The notes: generated by a model from the sequence alone, not told the origin. A stretch of DNA of 64,000 nt from Parcubacteria group bacterium (GCA_016180525.1 JACPBB010000002.1:48824-112823); one strand, 5' to 3'; positions 46,989 through 57,320 are shown, numbered from the stretch's first letter. Numbers and translations: made by a program.

Positions 46989-47145
46989 ACCTTTATTCTC
47001 TAAGCAATCCTTTTGAGTCAGAAAACAAAAAAGACAGGCAAATCGCTAAGGGGAACTCCAGCATACACACCGAAGCGGGCACCCAGAGTATCCTCGCAGA
47101 ATACCCTAAAGCCCGAAAGGCCCGATTGCCTAGAGAATAAAAGGT
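46989..47145 (-). ncRNA. Candidate structured ncRNA
   Basis: About 20 bp closing stem enclosing three hairpins; G-U pairs and a cUUCGg loop favour the minus strand. Confidence 0.4.
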
Positions 47146-47245
47146 CCTACCGTGTTAAAGAGACTTTATAAGAGTCGCTTGATATAATGAGTATGCAAAT
47201 CAAAAAGCATTAACTACTAATACATGCTAGCATAAATAATAAAAA

Positions 47246-48262
47246 ATGTCAAGTACTCCAAAAAATAAAGATTCCGAACCAAAGTTCTTAGACAACACGC
47301 TTCGCCCGTCAAAATGGGACGAGTATATCGGGCAACGAGGAGTTAAAAATAATCTTCGCATTCTACTGGATGCTGCGGGCGGAAGAAAACAGCCACCCGA
47401 GCATCTCCTCTTCTACGGACCTCCGGGGCTCGGTAAAACAACGCTCGCGCATTTAATCGCGCAAGAAACACGTTCACAGATGAAAGTTACTTCCGGTCCC
47501 GCGATTGAAAAAATCGGAGACCTTGCCTCGCTCCTTACAAATTTATCTCCGGGAGATATTCTTTTTATAGATGAAATACACCGTTTGAGTAAAGTTATAG
47601 AAGAAGTGCTCTACCCCGCGATGGAGAACGGCTCGCTTGATATTATTATCGGCAAAGGCCCTTCGGCGCGCACGATACAACTTGAGCTTCCTCCATTTAC
47701 CCTTATCGCTGCGACGACACGCATAGCCCTTCTCTCTTCGCCTCTGCGAAGCCGTTTTTCGGGCGGAGTATTCCGACTTGAATTTTACAGCGAAGAAGAG
47801 ATCCAGCAAATATTAAAACGCTCCGCGGGGCTTCTTAAAACAAACATTAATGCTGATGCTCTTGCCGAAATCGCGCAAAGAAGCAGATACACTCCGAGAA
47901 CCGCAAATTATCTATTAAAACGATGTAGAGATTTTGGACAAGTAAATAAAAAAAGAGAGCTCACAAAAGAAATCGTAGAGGAGGCTCTTTCTCTTCTTGA
48001 AATTGACGCGCGAGGCCTTACCTCATCAGACCGAAAAATACTTGAGTCAATTATTATGAAATTTAACGGTGGACCCGTCGGAGTAAACACGCTCTCTGCT
48101 GCGACGTCAGAAGAGAGCGCCACCATTGAGGAGGTCTACGAGCCGTATCTCTTACAAATCGGCATGCTTGAGCGAACACCCCGCGGACGGATGGCGACAA
48201 AAGCCGCATATGAGCATTTGGGGCTTCCCCCGCCGCAAGACCCGCAAGAGAGGTTGTTATAA
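47246..48262 (+). CDS. ruvB: Holliday junction branch migration helicase RuvB
   Basis: LRP...EYIGQ, GPPGLGKTTLA, FIDEIHRL, EEVLYPAME, LPPFTLI.ATTR, RTPRGR. Confidence 0.97.
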   Translation: MSSTPKNKDSEPKFLDNTLRPSKWDEYIGQRGVKNNLRILLDAAGGRKQPPEHLLFYGPPGLGKTTLAHLIAQETRSQMKVTSGPAIEKIGDLASLLTNLSPGDILFIDEIHRLSKVIEEVLYPAMENGSLDIIIGKGPSARTIQLELPPFTLIAATTRIALLSSPLRSRFSGGVFRLEFYSEEEIQQILKRSAGLLKTNINADALAEIAQRSRYTPRTANYLLKRCRDFGQVNKKRELTKEIVEEALSLLEIDARGLTSSDRKILESIIMKFNGGPVGVNTLSAATSEESATIEEVYEPYLLQIGMLERTPRGRMATKAAYEHLGLPPPQDPQERLL

Positions 48263-48359
48263 CGAGTGTAGTGAGTATATTTTCTTAACCGAGAGCACTC
48301 AACGTATTGAGTGCTTGGTGCTCAAAAAATGTGGTCGCTTCGCTCCCTATTTATTTGGC

Positions 48360-48395
48360 ATGTCTGGTCATAACAAATGGAGTAAAATTAAACAC
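48360..48395 (+). repeat. Orphan duplicate of the first 12 codons of yebC
   Basis: 34/36 identical to 48473-48508; both differences are synonymous. Confidence 0.8.
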
Positions 48396-48472
48396 CCTAG
48401 TATCACAGCGCGAAGCGCTGGCTACGGGGCGGGAAGTGGTAATACAGACTTATCAGAGTAAAATTACATACG

Positions 48473-49006
48473 ATGTCGGGACATAACAAATGGAGTAAAA
48501 TTAAACACAAAAAAGCGGCGGAAGATGCTAAAAAAAGCAAGGCATTTTCAAAGTTTACCCGCCTCATAACGCTTGAGGCAAAAAAAGCAGCCGGAAACAA
48601 AGACGCTCCCGGGCTGCGAACTATCATTGAGCGCGCACGAGCAATTAACATGCCTGCCGATAATATTGAGCGAGCAATTAAAAAAGGTTCTGATAAAGAA
48701 TCCGCAAATCTTGAGGAGGTAACATATGAAGCATACGGTCCGGGCGGAAGCGCGCTCATTGTAGAGGGACTCACTGATAACAAAAACAGGACTTTGGGAG
48801 AATTAAAAATATTATTCGCTGATTATGATACAACTCTTGCCGAGCGCGGAGCAGCACTCTGGGCGTTTGAAAAAACTCCCGACAAAAAGTGGCACCCAAA
48901 AACTACCATGTCTCTTTCAGATGAGAATAAGGAAAAATTAAAACAACTGATTGATATGTTGGAGGAAAACGATGATGTGCAAGCAGTATATACTAATGGC
49001 GGTTAG
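48473..49006 (+). CDS. yebC: YebC/PmpR family protein (short form)
   Basis: MSGHNKWSKIKH.K, NMP.+NIERAI, YEAYGPGG, TDNKNRT, DDVQ.VYTN. Confidence 0.95.
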   Translation: MSGHNKWSKIKHKKAAEDAKKSKAFSKFTRLITLEAKKAAGNKDAPGLRTIIERARAINMPADNIERAIKKGSDKESANLEEVTYEAYGPGGSALIVEGLTDNKNRTLGELKILFADYDTTLAERGAALWAFEKTPDKKWHPKTTMSLSDENKEKLKQLIDMLEENDDVQAVYTNGG

Positions 49007-49062
49007 CGTAGAGCGTTTAGCATGAAACACAAGGTTGTTTCCAAATTAAAACAATACATTGC

Positions 49063-49584
49063 ATGAATCGCGACACACGATACAAGTTACACGATATAAG
49101 AGTGCTTGCTATTGACCCAGGATTTGAGCGACTCGGTATCGCCGTCATCGAAAAAAAACAAAAAGGACGAGAGATTCTTCTCTTTTCTTCGTGTTTTAGA
49201 ACTTCCCCGAAATTGCCATTCCCAGAACGCCTAGAATCTGTGGGAAAAGAAATAGAAAAAATGATAAAAAAGTTTAAGCCGCGAGCGCTTGCGATTGAAA
49301 CACTTTTTTTTAACACGAACCAGAGAACAGCCATGCGAGTCGCAGAAGCGCGGGGCGCGATTATGTTTGTATCAAAAAAAATGGGACTTGAAATTTTTGA
49401 ATATTCACCTCTTCAGATTAAAATAGCCATTACCGGATATGGCCGCGCGACCAAAGAACAGATTACGTTGATGATTCCCCGCCTTATAGATATTAAAAAT
49501 AAAGGGGGAAAAACGGATGATGAATATGATGCCATCGCGGTAGGACTTACCCATTGCGCCTCCACGCTACCTGTGGACAAGTAA
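49063..49584 (+). CDS. ruvC: Crossover junction endodeoxyribonuclease RuvC
   Basis: LAIDPG, AIE.LFF..N, EARG, EY.PLQIK..+TGYG.A.K, DD..DA+A. Confidence 0.95.
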   Translation: MNRDTRYKLHDIRVLAIDPGFERLGIAVIEKKQKGREILLFSSCFRTSPKLPFPERLESVGKEIEKMIKKFKPRALAIETLFFNTNQRTAMRVAEARGAIMFVSKKMGLEIFEYSPLQIKIAITGYGRATKEQITLMIPRLIDIKNKGGKTDDEYDAIAVGLTHCASTLPVDK

Positions 49585-49698
49585 GTGTTCTTAACTATAG
49601 ACAAAAAAACGGGATTTGATACAACTATGGGGACTGCGTGTAACGCATTTAAAAAGGTCATTTAATTTATTATTAGTCATTAAATTCGTAGTATTATA

Positions 49699-49791
49699 AT
49701 GGACGACGAACTTAATGTTTTAGACGAAGAAGAAGCAGAAGACGACGCTCCGATTATGGATGATATGAGCGAAGAAGACGAAGAAGAATAA
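49699..49791 (+). CDS. Putative 30-aa hyperacidic peptide
   Basis: MDDELNVLDEEEAEDDAPIMDDMSEEDEEE*, followed immediately by a strong hairpin. Confidence 0.5.
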   Translation: MDDELNVLDEEEAEDDAPIMDDMSEEDEEE

Positions 49792-49833
49792 CAAACTAAA
49801 AATCATCCCGATTCCTCGGGATGATTTTTAGTT
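49792..49833. terminator. Bidirectional terminator
   Basis: AAACTAAAAATCATCCCGA-TTCC-TCGGGATGATTTTTAGTTT. Confidence 0.85.
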
Positions 49834-49835
49834 TG

Positions 49836-51077
49836 TTATTTTACTTTTATTTTTAAAAATTTTTTCTTTCCTATTTTTAAATTTATATCTGCGTTGATAC
49901 GATAACTGATACTGTCCAACTTAACGCCAGTTTCTGTATTCATAATCGCTCGCCCTTCAATAAGTCTTCTAAATTCAGACTTGGAAGAAACGATGTTTTT
50001 TGCCAATAAAATATTTTCAAGAGTGGCATCCCTAGCAACAGAAATCTCAGTGGCGTCGCTGGGAAATTCTTTTCTCTGAAATGTGCTGACAAAATGTTTT
50101 TCCGCTTCCTCCGCTTTTTTTGCTCCATGATATAGGGCAACAATTTCCTTCGCTAGCTTCATTTTAATGTCTCGAGGATTAATACCCGCCCTCAGTTCTT
50201 TTTTAATGTGCTCTATTTCAGAAAGAGACACGAGGGTGCAATCAATAAACACTTGAATAATGGTGCTGTCTGGAAGCGCCATAACTTTTCCATACATGTG
50301 AGCCGGAGTATCGCAGAGCGCCACATAGCCTCCCTCACTTTTACTCATAAGTTTTCTGCCAGTTTTTGGATTCTCAAGAAGAGTCGTCGCTATAATAAAT
50401 TTTTCTTTATTGTTATATTTCCTCTGAAGTATTCTGCCGGCAAGCATATTAAAAATCTGGTCAGAGCCTCCAATTTCAATGTCTACATCCATCGCAGTGC
50501 TGTCATACCCCTGCATCAACGGATAAAAAAATTCATGCATATATATCGGCCTCCCCTCTTTCATTCGTTTTTCAAACATATCTCGTTCAATCATGTGCTG
50601 CACCGTAAATGAGGACGCTAGTTTCAAAATCTGCTCAAATCTTAATTTCTTAAGCCACACGCTGTTTTGTAATATCTTTGCCGGATTTTTTTTGTCAGTA
50701 AACGAGAGAATGGGAGCAATTTGTTTTTTCCATGTTTTTAAATTCTTTTTTATCTCCTTCAGAGAGAGCGCAATACGCGCGGAATCTTTCCCCGATGGGT
50801 CTCCTATCATCGCGGTAAAATCGCCAAACAAGACAATTACCTCGTGCCCCAGTTTTCGCAATTTTTCAAGCAATATAAAATTTGTTGAATGCCCTAAATG
50901 TAATTCAGGCCCCGTCGCATCAGCCCCAATATAAATACGCAAACGCCTGCCAGAAAGTAGTTCTTTTTTAAGCACTTCCCGCGAAGGAAGAATTTGAAAA
51001 ACACTCCGCGAAAGGAGTTCGTCTATTGCTTTTTCCTCAGTAACAATAAAATTTTTTTTCTTTGCGGAGCGTATCAT
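49836..51077 (-). CDS. tyrS: Tyrosine--tRNA ligase
   Basis: G.D.TGP.LHLGH, GDFTA.IGDPSG, YPLMQGYD, GG.DQ.FN, MSKS, C-terminal S4 domain. Confidence 0.96.
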   Translation of the reverse strand: MIRSAKKKNFIVTEEKAIDELLSRSVFQILPSREVLKKELLSGRRLRIYIGADATGPELHLGHSTNFILLEKLRKLGHEVIVLFGDFTAMIGDPSGKDSARIALSLKEIKKNLKTWKKQIAPILSFTDKKNPAKILQNSVWLKKLRFEQILKLASSFTVQHMIERDMFEKRMKEGRPIYMHEFFYPLMQGYDSTAMDVDIEIGGSDQIFNMLAGRILQRKYNNKEKFIIATTLLENPKTGRKLMSKSEGGYVALCDTPAHMYGKVMALPDSTIIQVFIDCTLVSLSEIEHIKKELRAGINPRDIKMKLAKEIVALYHGAKKAEEAEKHFVSTFQRKEFPSDATEISVARDATLENILLAKNIVSSKSEFRRLIEGRAIMNTETGVKLDSISYRINADINLKIGKKKFLKIKVK

Positions 51078-51149
51078 AATATATACAATAACATACAATA
51101 GAAAACTTTGACAAAACAAAAAAATCTATTTATGATACGATGAATATCG

Positions 51150-53702
51150 ATGGTAAAAAGGAAAAAACATCGTCTGCAAAATCTATTCCTGTTCTTCGTT
51201 GGACTGGGCTTTTTCGGCGCGGGCGGGATACTCCTCTGGGCCGCGGTGCTCCCCATTCCCGATTTAAATACATTTGAAGACCGTATTGTAGTTGAGTCAA
51301 CAAAAATATATGACAGAACAGGAGAGGTGCTTTTGTATGATTTTCACGAAAATGTACGGAGAACTGTCGTTCCTATTGAAGAAATATCACACAACCTCAA
51401 AAATGCCACAGTTGCGATTGAGGACGACACATTCTACGAGCATTACGGAGTGCGGCCGCTTGCGTTTCTCCGCGCAGTATTGGTAAATATACTCAACTTG
51501 GAATTCTCGCAGGGTGGTTCAACATTAACTCAACAAGTCGTAAAAAACTCAATTTTAACGGCACAAAAAAAGATTTCACGAAAACTAAAGGAGTGGGTTC
51601 TTTCGGTAAAATTAGACGCAACGCTCTCAAAAAATGAAATCCTTGGGCTTTATCTCAACGAAACTCCGTACGGAGGAAACGTCTACGGAGTAGAAGACGC
51701 GAGTAAATTATTTTTTGGAAAAAGCGCAAACGAAGTAACGCTCGCCGAAGCAGCCTACATTGCTTCTCTGCCACAGGCGCCAACATATTATTCGCCATAT
51801 GGAAACAACAGAGAAAAATTGGAAGAACGAAAAAATCTCGTACTCACCCGGATGCGAGAACTTGATTTTATAAGCGAAGAAGAATACAACTCAGCTCTTG
51901 CCGAAGTCGTTGAATTTAAACCGCGCGCCACATTTGGCATTCGTGCTCCACACTTCGTGTTCTTTGTTCAAGAATATCTTGAACAAAAATACGGAAGAGA
52001 GGCGGTGGAAAGAGGGGGGCTCCGCGTAACAACAACTCTTGACGCAGAATTGCAAGAAAAAGCAGAAAATCTTGTCACGCAATTCGCGGACGTCAACGCA
52101 AAAAATTACAACGCCCATAACGCTGGCCTTGTCGCAATTGACCCAAAAACTGGAGAGATTCTCGTCATGGTAGGGTCTCGTAATTATTTTGGGGAAAGTT
52201 TCCCTGAAGGATGCACTTCTGGAGTTAATTGCGCGTTTGACCCGCAAGTAAACGTTGCGGCTCTAAAACCGGGACGACAGCCTGGTTCTTCATTTAAACC
52301 GTTTGTATACGCAACTGCCCTCCAAAGAGGATATACCCCCGAAACAGTCGTATTTGACCTTGAAACACAATTTCATTCGGGTTGTGACAGTGAAGGAAAA
52401 CCAGTTGATCCAACTGTAAAAGAAGAAGAGTGTTACAAACCGATAAATTATGACGAAGTATTTCGCGGACCGGTAACATTTCGCAATGCCCTTGCGCAAT
52501 CAATTAACATTCCTGCTATAAAAGTTTTATACCTCGCGGGGCTAAGAGAGTCTTTGCAAACGGCAAAAAAGATGGGTATTTCTTCACTCGCAGATATTAA
52601 TCGGTACGGCCTTACGCTCGTGCTCGGAGGCGGAGAAGTGTCGCTCTTAGAAATGGCAAGCGCGTACGGAGTATTTGCAAATGAAGGGATAAAGAATCCT
52701 CCCACAGGGATACTTAAAGTTGAGGACAGAAATGGAAATATTTTAGAAACATTTTCTCCGAGGCCGGAGCGGGTGCTAGAGCAAAATATTGCTCTTCAAA
52801 TTTCAGACATTCTCTCCGATGAGGAGGCACGTTCTCCCGCCTTTGGTGAGCGTTCGTTCCTTTATATTCCGGGGCATGACGTGGCTGCAAAAACCGGAAC
52901 TACAAATGATTATAGAGATGCGTGGATTATTGGATACACACCAAGTATTTCCGTCGGCGCATGGGCCGGAAACAATGACAACAGCGAGATGGAAAAAAGG
53001 GTCGCAGGGTTTATCATAGCGCCACTCTGGAACGCGTTTATGAAAGAAGCCCTCGCGCAAACGCCACAAGAGCCATTTAAAAAACCTGAAAATACTTCAG
53101 AAAAAAATATAAAGCCGATTTTACGCGGAGTATGGCGCGGCAATGAATCATATTTTATTGATAAAATTTCCGGAAAATTAGCAACGGTATATACTCCGGA
53201 GGAAACAAAAGAAGAGCGCGTGATAACAAACGTGCATTCAATTTTGTATTGGGTTAAAAAAGAAGACCCGCGCGGTGAAATACCTTTAAGTCCACAAACT
53301 GATCCTCAATTTTCATTGTGGGAAATACCTGTACGCAAATGGGTTTTGGAAAATAATATTATAGAAGGAGGAGCTGAGTCAAAGCCAAAAGAATTTGATA
53401 CCGTACACAGGCCAGAACTTGCTCCTAAAATTAAAATATACGGCATAGACACCAGCGCAGAATATGACCCGACTCAAAAATTAACATTTACCGTGGTGGG
53501 GATTGGAAATTATCCGGCAACTCGTTCTGATTTATTTATAAATGGAGTATATTTGTCATCCACAAATAAAATTCCATTTATTTTTTCTTTTGTTCCAAAC
53601 GACATAACAAATATAAAAGAAGAAAACGAAATTCGAGCAATAGTTTACGATTCGGTCATGAACAGAAGTGAGAGTGCATTTACTTTAAAAATTCGCCCAT
53701 AG
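51150..53702 (+). CDS. Class A penicillin-binding protein (transglycosylase + transpeptidase)
   Basis: EDD.FYEH.G, QGGSTLTQQ, RKLKE, RQPGSSFKP, S.N, KTGT. Confidence 0.95.
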   Translation: MVKRKKHRLQNLFLFFVGLGFFGAGGILLWAAVLPIPDLNTFEDRIVVESTKIYDRTGEVLLYDFHENVRRTVVPIEEISHNLKNATVAIEDDTFYEHYGVRPLAFLRAVLVNILNLEFSQGGSTLTQQVVKNSILTAQKKISRKLKEWVLSVKLDATLSKNEILGLYLNETPYGGNVYGVEDASKLFFGKSANEVTLAEAAYIASLPQAPTYYSPYGNNREKLEERKNLVLTRMRELDFISEEEYNSALAEVVEFKPRATFGIRAPHFVFFVQEYLEQKYGREAVERGGLRVTTTLDAELQEKAENLVTQFADVNAKNYNAHNAGLVAIDPKTGEILVMVGSRNYFGESFPEGCTSGVNCAFDPQVNVAALKPGRQPGSSFKPFVYATALQRGYTPETVVFDLETQFHSGCDSEGKPVDPTVKEEECYKPINYDEVFRGPVTFRNALAQSINIPAIKVLYLAGLRESLQTAKKMGISSLADINRYGLTLVLGGGEVSLLEMASAYGVFANEGIKNPPTGILKVEDRNGNILETFSPRPERVLEQNIALQISDILSDEEARSPAFGERSFLYIPGHDVAAKTGTTNDYRDAWIIGYTPSISVGAWAGNNDNSEMEKRVAGFIIAPLWNAFMKEALAQTPQEPFKKPENTSEKNIKPILRGVWRGNESYFIDKISGKLATVYTPEETKEERVITNVHSILYWVKKEDPRGEIPLSPQTDPQFSLWEIPVRKWVLENNIIEGGAESKPKEFDTVHRPELAPKIKIYGIDTSAEYDPTQKLTFTVVGIGNYPATRSDLFINGVYLSSTNKIPFIFSFVPNDITNIKEENEIRAIVYDSVMNRSESAFTLKIRP

Positions 53703-53708
53703 AATTAT

Positions 53709-53969
53709 TTATCGAATATCGGAAATTTGTTTTTTTTCAATTTGTTCACGCATTCTTTCTAGAAGAATCGGCTTTTTTATGTGCATCTCGCTTTTTATAG
53801 CAGGAGAAGCTGCAAGGTAAATGGTGTTATGTTCAACTCGTATGTCTTTCGGCTCTATGTCTATGTTTATTTCTTCTTTAACAATAGTTATAAAAATTTT
53901 TTTAAGAAAATCATCTGGAGGAGTTATGTGTTTATACTTTTCAAGATATGAGCCGATATTAAAATCCAT
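53709..53969 (-). CDS. Small protein downstream of dnaN, DciA/DUF721-like
   Basis: I.+..S.A.K.E+...K..+L..+.......I.DIR pattern and position after dnaN. Confidence 0.5.
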   Translation of the reverse strand: MDFNIGSYLEKYKHITPPDDFLKKIFITIVKEEINIDIEPKDIRVEHNTIYLAASPAIKSEMHIKKPILLERMREQIEKKQISDIR

Positions 53970-54038
53970 ATGTTAAGTATTTCGTATCTCGTATTTAGTA
54001 TTAATAAAATTAAATAACTGTATACCAGATACTAAATA

Positions 54039-55136
54039 CTACTTATTGAGCGGCATCACGAGGTACATGAATGATTTGTCCCCCACTCCTCGTATGACAA
54101 GCGGGCGAGCTTCGCCGCTAAATTGAAAGACAACGCTGTCTTTTGGTATTGAAGCAAAACATTCAATCAAATATCTCTGATTAAAACTCAAAGAAAGTTT
54201 TTCTCCGGAAAGAGCTCCTTCTATATTCGCCACATGCTCTCCAACATCCGCATTTTGGGAATGAACTGTAAACTCTTTTCCTTTAGGATCAACTGAGAAA
54301 TCAACCTGATTTAATTTATCTGAAAATATATTGGATATTTTTAGGGCATTTATCATATCTTCTTTTAGTATCGTTGCTTCTGATTTAAATTCTTTGGGAA
54401 TAATCTGTTGATAATCCGGAAAGACGCCGTCAATAATGCGGGAAGTTATATACATATTTTCAGTCACAAAAGAAATTTGATTTTTATCAAAATGAACTTC
54501 AACATCTCCAGAAACTTCGTCAAGTATTCGTATTATTTCCAATATATTTTTTAACGGGATAAGCACCGGAGAAAATTGTTCTCCATGGGAAACAGATAAT
54601 TTTTTTTCAGCAAGACGAAACGAGTCGGTCGCGACTAGCGTAACTGTGTCAGAGTCTCCAAAAATATAAACGCTTGATATTTCAGGTTTTATATCGGATA
54701 GTGAGGCACTGTGAGAAACTGATTTAAGTCCCGAAACAAATTTATGCGAATCAATAATAAAAGGATTTTTATTTTTTATATGGGGTAATGTCGGAAAATC
54801 TTCATATGGGTAACTTTTAATAACCGTTGATATATTTTTTGTTGAAACTGAAAGATTATTATTTTTAAGCTTCAATGAAACCGTCTTGTCATGCATATTT
54901 GATAGCAGATTATTAAGTACTCCACCGGGAATTGCGGTTACCCCTTCTTCTTCTACTTTTGCAGGAACTATAATTTCAACTCCTAAATCAAGATTCGTTG
55001 CCCGTATACGCACCATTTGTCCTTTAGCGACAAAAAGTAAAGAACTCAAAATAGGCAATGTAAGATTTTTACCGGTTACTTTTTCTGCAATACTGACAGC
55101 ATTTTTTATTTTTTCTTTTACACATTCTATTCTCAT
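54039..55136 (-). CDS. dnaN: DNA polymerase III beta clamp
   Basis: LPILS, ATNL+, +FP, VATDSFRL, SR+I+G.FPDY..+IP, FN..YL, +MP+. Confidence 0.97.
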   Translation of the reverse strand: MRIECVKEKIKNAVSIAEKVTGKNLTLPILSSLLFVAKGQMVRIRATNLDLGVEIIVPAKVEEEGVTAIPGGVLNNLLSNMHDKTVSLKLKNNNLSVSTKNISTVIKSYPYEDFPTLPHIKNKNPFIIDSHKFVSGLKSVSHSASLSDIKPEISSVYIFGDSDTVTLVATDSFRLAEKKLSVSHGEQFSPVLIPLKNILEIIRILDEVSGDVEVHFDKNQISFVTENMYITSRIIDGVFPDYQQIIPKEFKSEATILKEDMINALKISNIFSDKLNQVDFSVDPKGKEFTVHSQNADVGEHVANIEGALSGEKLSLSFNQRYLIECFASIPKDSVVFQFSGEARPLVIRGVGDKSFMYLVMPLNK

Positions 55137-55440
55137 AAATAATCTATTTTAAAAAACTATACACCACTGTTTATAAAATATAATGTTTTGATTATAAATA
55201 TATAATGATGATTATAGTGTTGTTGATATGTTTATAAAACTTATATTGTCTTTAAATTCAAAGGTTTATTTGAAACTATAATTTTTAACATCGTGTTGAA
55301 AATTAAAATGAAATGTTTACATTTTTTTTATATCGGTAATTACAGAAATTATATCCATATCATGCACATGTTTTAATTCGATATTTCCACTCACTGTTCA
55401 CATTTTTATATAAGATGTAAACAGTGTTATAAACAATTCT
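55137..55440. other. Probable oriC (dnaA-dnaN intergenic region)
   Basis: Very AT-rich, multiple degenerate DnaA-box-like 9-mers (TTATAAACA, TTTTCAACA, ATGTAAACA) in both orientations. Confidence 0.65.
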
Positions 55441-56787
55441 TTAAAACATTGAACGAATTCTTTCAACCTCCTGAACGAGCATATTGTTTTCTTTTAGGTT
55501 GTTTCTGATTTTTTCACACGAATGTATAACGGTTGTGTGATCTCTTCCTCCCATTTTTTGTCCAATAGTTGGATAAGAAATATTAAAATCTTCCCGCAAA
55601 ATATACATAATTATCTGGCGAGGCTTAACAATTTCTTTACGCCTGGTTTTCTTATAAATATGATCTCGTTCTACATTGTAAAAATCAGAGACCACACGCA
55701 CCACATCATCAACGGAAAGCATTTTTTTAGGGCGTTCATTGTGTTTTATAAGAGACTTAATTTCTTGAATGGATAATTCTCTGTTTTTTAATTGAACTTG
55801 GCAGATAATCATATTTAATATTCCTTCTAATTCTCTGATACTGCTTTGCGTGGCAGAAGAAACATACTCAATAATTTCATCCGGCAATTCAAAATTTGCC
55901 TGCTTTGATTTTGATTTGAGGATAACCACTTTTGACTCAAAATCAGGCTCCATAATATCAACGATCATTCCCTGCCCAAGTCTAGATTTAAGGCGCTCCT
56001 CAAGTTCTGCGTAGTTGTAGTGTCTATCAGCGGAAAATATCATTTGTTTATTGTTGTTGTACAACGTATTAAACAAATGGAAAAATTCATCCTGTGTTCC
56101 GCCTTTTCCTTCAAAATAATGTATATCGTCCATTATGAGCACGTCATATTTACGGTATTTTTCCTTAAAAATACTTATTTTATTCATTTGCACTGAGTTT
56201 ATATAGTCAAGATAAAACTTTTCGGCAGTGAGATAATACACCTTTTTATTTTCATGAGCCTGTTTTATGCCATTCCCGACAGCTTGCATAAGATGTGTTT
56301 TACCAAGGCCAGTTTTCCCATAAATAAATAAGGGATTATAGGCATCGCCTGGCTTTTTCATGACCGATTGAGCAGCTGCATAGGCAATCTCGTTAAAGGG
56401 GCCTACCACAAAAGACTCAAAACCATATCGAGGGTTTAAATTATCTTCTTTATTTATATAAAGGTCTTTAAGAGGCAGTTCTCCGGCATAGGCTGGAGCT
56501 TTTTCCTCTAATTGTACGGCCTCTTTTACCTCTCGTGGCTCATTTTTTGTGATGATATACTCAATACTCCGCACGCCCTCGTTTAAATTCCGCAGAGAGC
56601 GCAGTATAGACTTATGATACTTATTGGAAAGCCACTCTCGCGCGAATCCATTGGGAACACCCAAAAAAATGATTCCATTTTCCTGCTTTACAATATAGGT
56701 GTTTTTAAACCATGTACTAAAATTTGCTTTGGAAACGCCTATCTCGAGGTCGCTGAGTACATTTTCCCAAAGTTGTTTGTTGTCCAT
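55441..56787 (-). CDS. dnaA: Chromosomal replication initiator DnaA
   Basis: YNPLFIYG.TGLGKTHL, DDI, RL.SR, RELEG, RQ..MY, GRDHTTV. Confidence 0.97.
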   Translation of the reverse strand: MDNKQLWENVLSDLEIGVSKANFSTWFKNTYIVKQENGIIFLGVPNGFAREWLSNKYHKSILRSLRNLNEGVRSIEYIITKNEPREVKEAVQLEEKAPAYAGELPLKDLYINKEDNLNPRYGFESFVVGPFNEIAYAAAQSVMKKPGDAYNPLFIYGKTGLGKTHLMQAVGNGIKQAHENKKVYYLTAEKFYLDYINSVQMNKISIFKEKYRKYDVLIMDDIHYFEGKGGTQDEFFHLFNTLYNNNKQMIFSADRHYNYAELEERLKSRLGQGMIVDIMEPDFESKVVILKSKSKQANFELPDEIIEYVSSATQSSIRELEGILNMIICQVQLKNRELSIQEIKSLIKHNERPKKMLSVDDVVRVVSDFYNVERDHIYKKTRRKEIVKPRQIIMYILREDFNISYPTIGQKMGGRDHTTVIHSCEKIRNNLKENNMLVQEVERIRSMF

Positions 56788-57080
56788 AGTGAGCACGTTT
56801 TAAAGAGATTCTTATTTATTATTTATTAATTATATATGACTTGAAATTACTGCAAACTTGTTAAATTGGTTGCAGTGTGTTGATAATATGTGGAAAATGG
56901 TGATAAAAAAATTTGACTTTTAAATTTTTTGATAGAAATTAAAACAGGGCGTATTTTATAAATAAATCAAAAAAATTTTGATGCATTGATGCGCTCGTAT
57001 ATTAAATTTTTTTAATGCGAACCTTGTCCAAGGCGGGCGGGGGTTTACTAACATCACCTTTTGGTATACACTACCTGTTA

Positions 57081-57218
57081 ATGTCTAAAACATATCAACC
57101 CAAGAGGAAAAAAAGAAAAACAACGCATGGTTTTCTTGTTCGAAGAAAAACTGCCGGCGGAAGAAATATATTGAAGCGAAGAATGAGAAAAGGAAGGAGA
57201 CGTCTAACTGTTAAGTGA
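57081..57218 (+). CDS. rpmH: 50S ribosomal protein L34
   Basis: TYQPK..KR..THGF..R..T..GR..L.RR..KGR..L. Confidence 0.96.
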   Translation: MSKTYQPKRKKRKTTHGFLVRRKTAGGRNILKRRMRKGRRRLTVK

Positions 57219-57320
57219 ATATAACACGAAATGTTCGAAAAACATTCGAAATCTATGAAAATATAATGTTTTTAATTTCATAATTTCGCATATGATTTTT
57301 TAGTTCCGCATTATTGTTTT

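Noticed and set aside
46826-47140. 104-aa ORF after pilB
   Set aside because: It crosses a terminator and a strongly base-paired region; no family motifs.
48126-48461. 111-aa ORF containing MSGHNKWSKIKH
   Set aside because: It overlaps ruvB out of frame and only contains the orphan yebC 5' duplicate.
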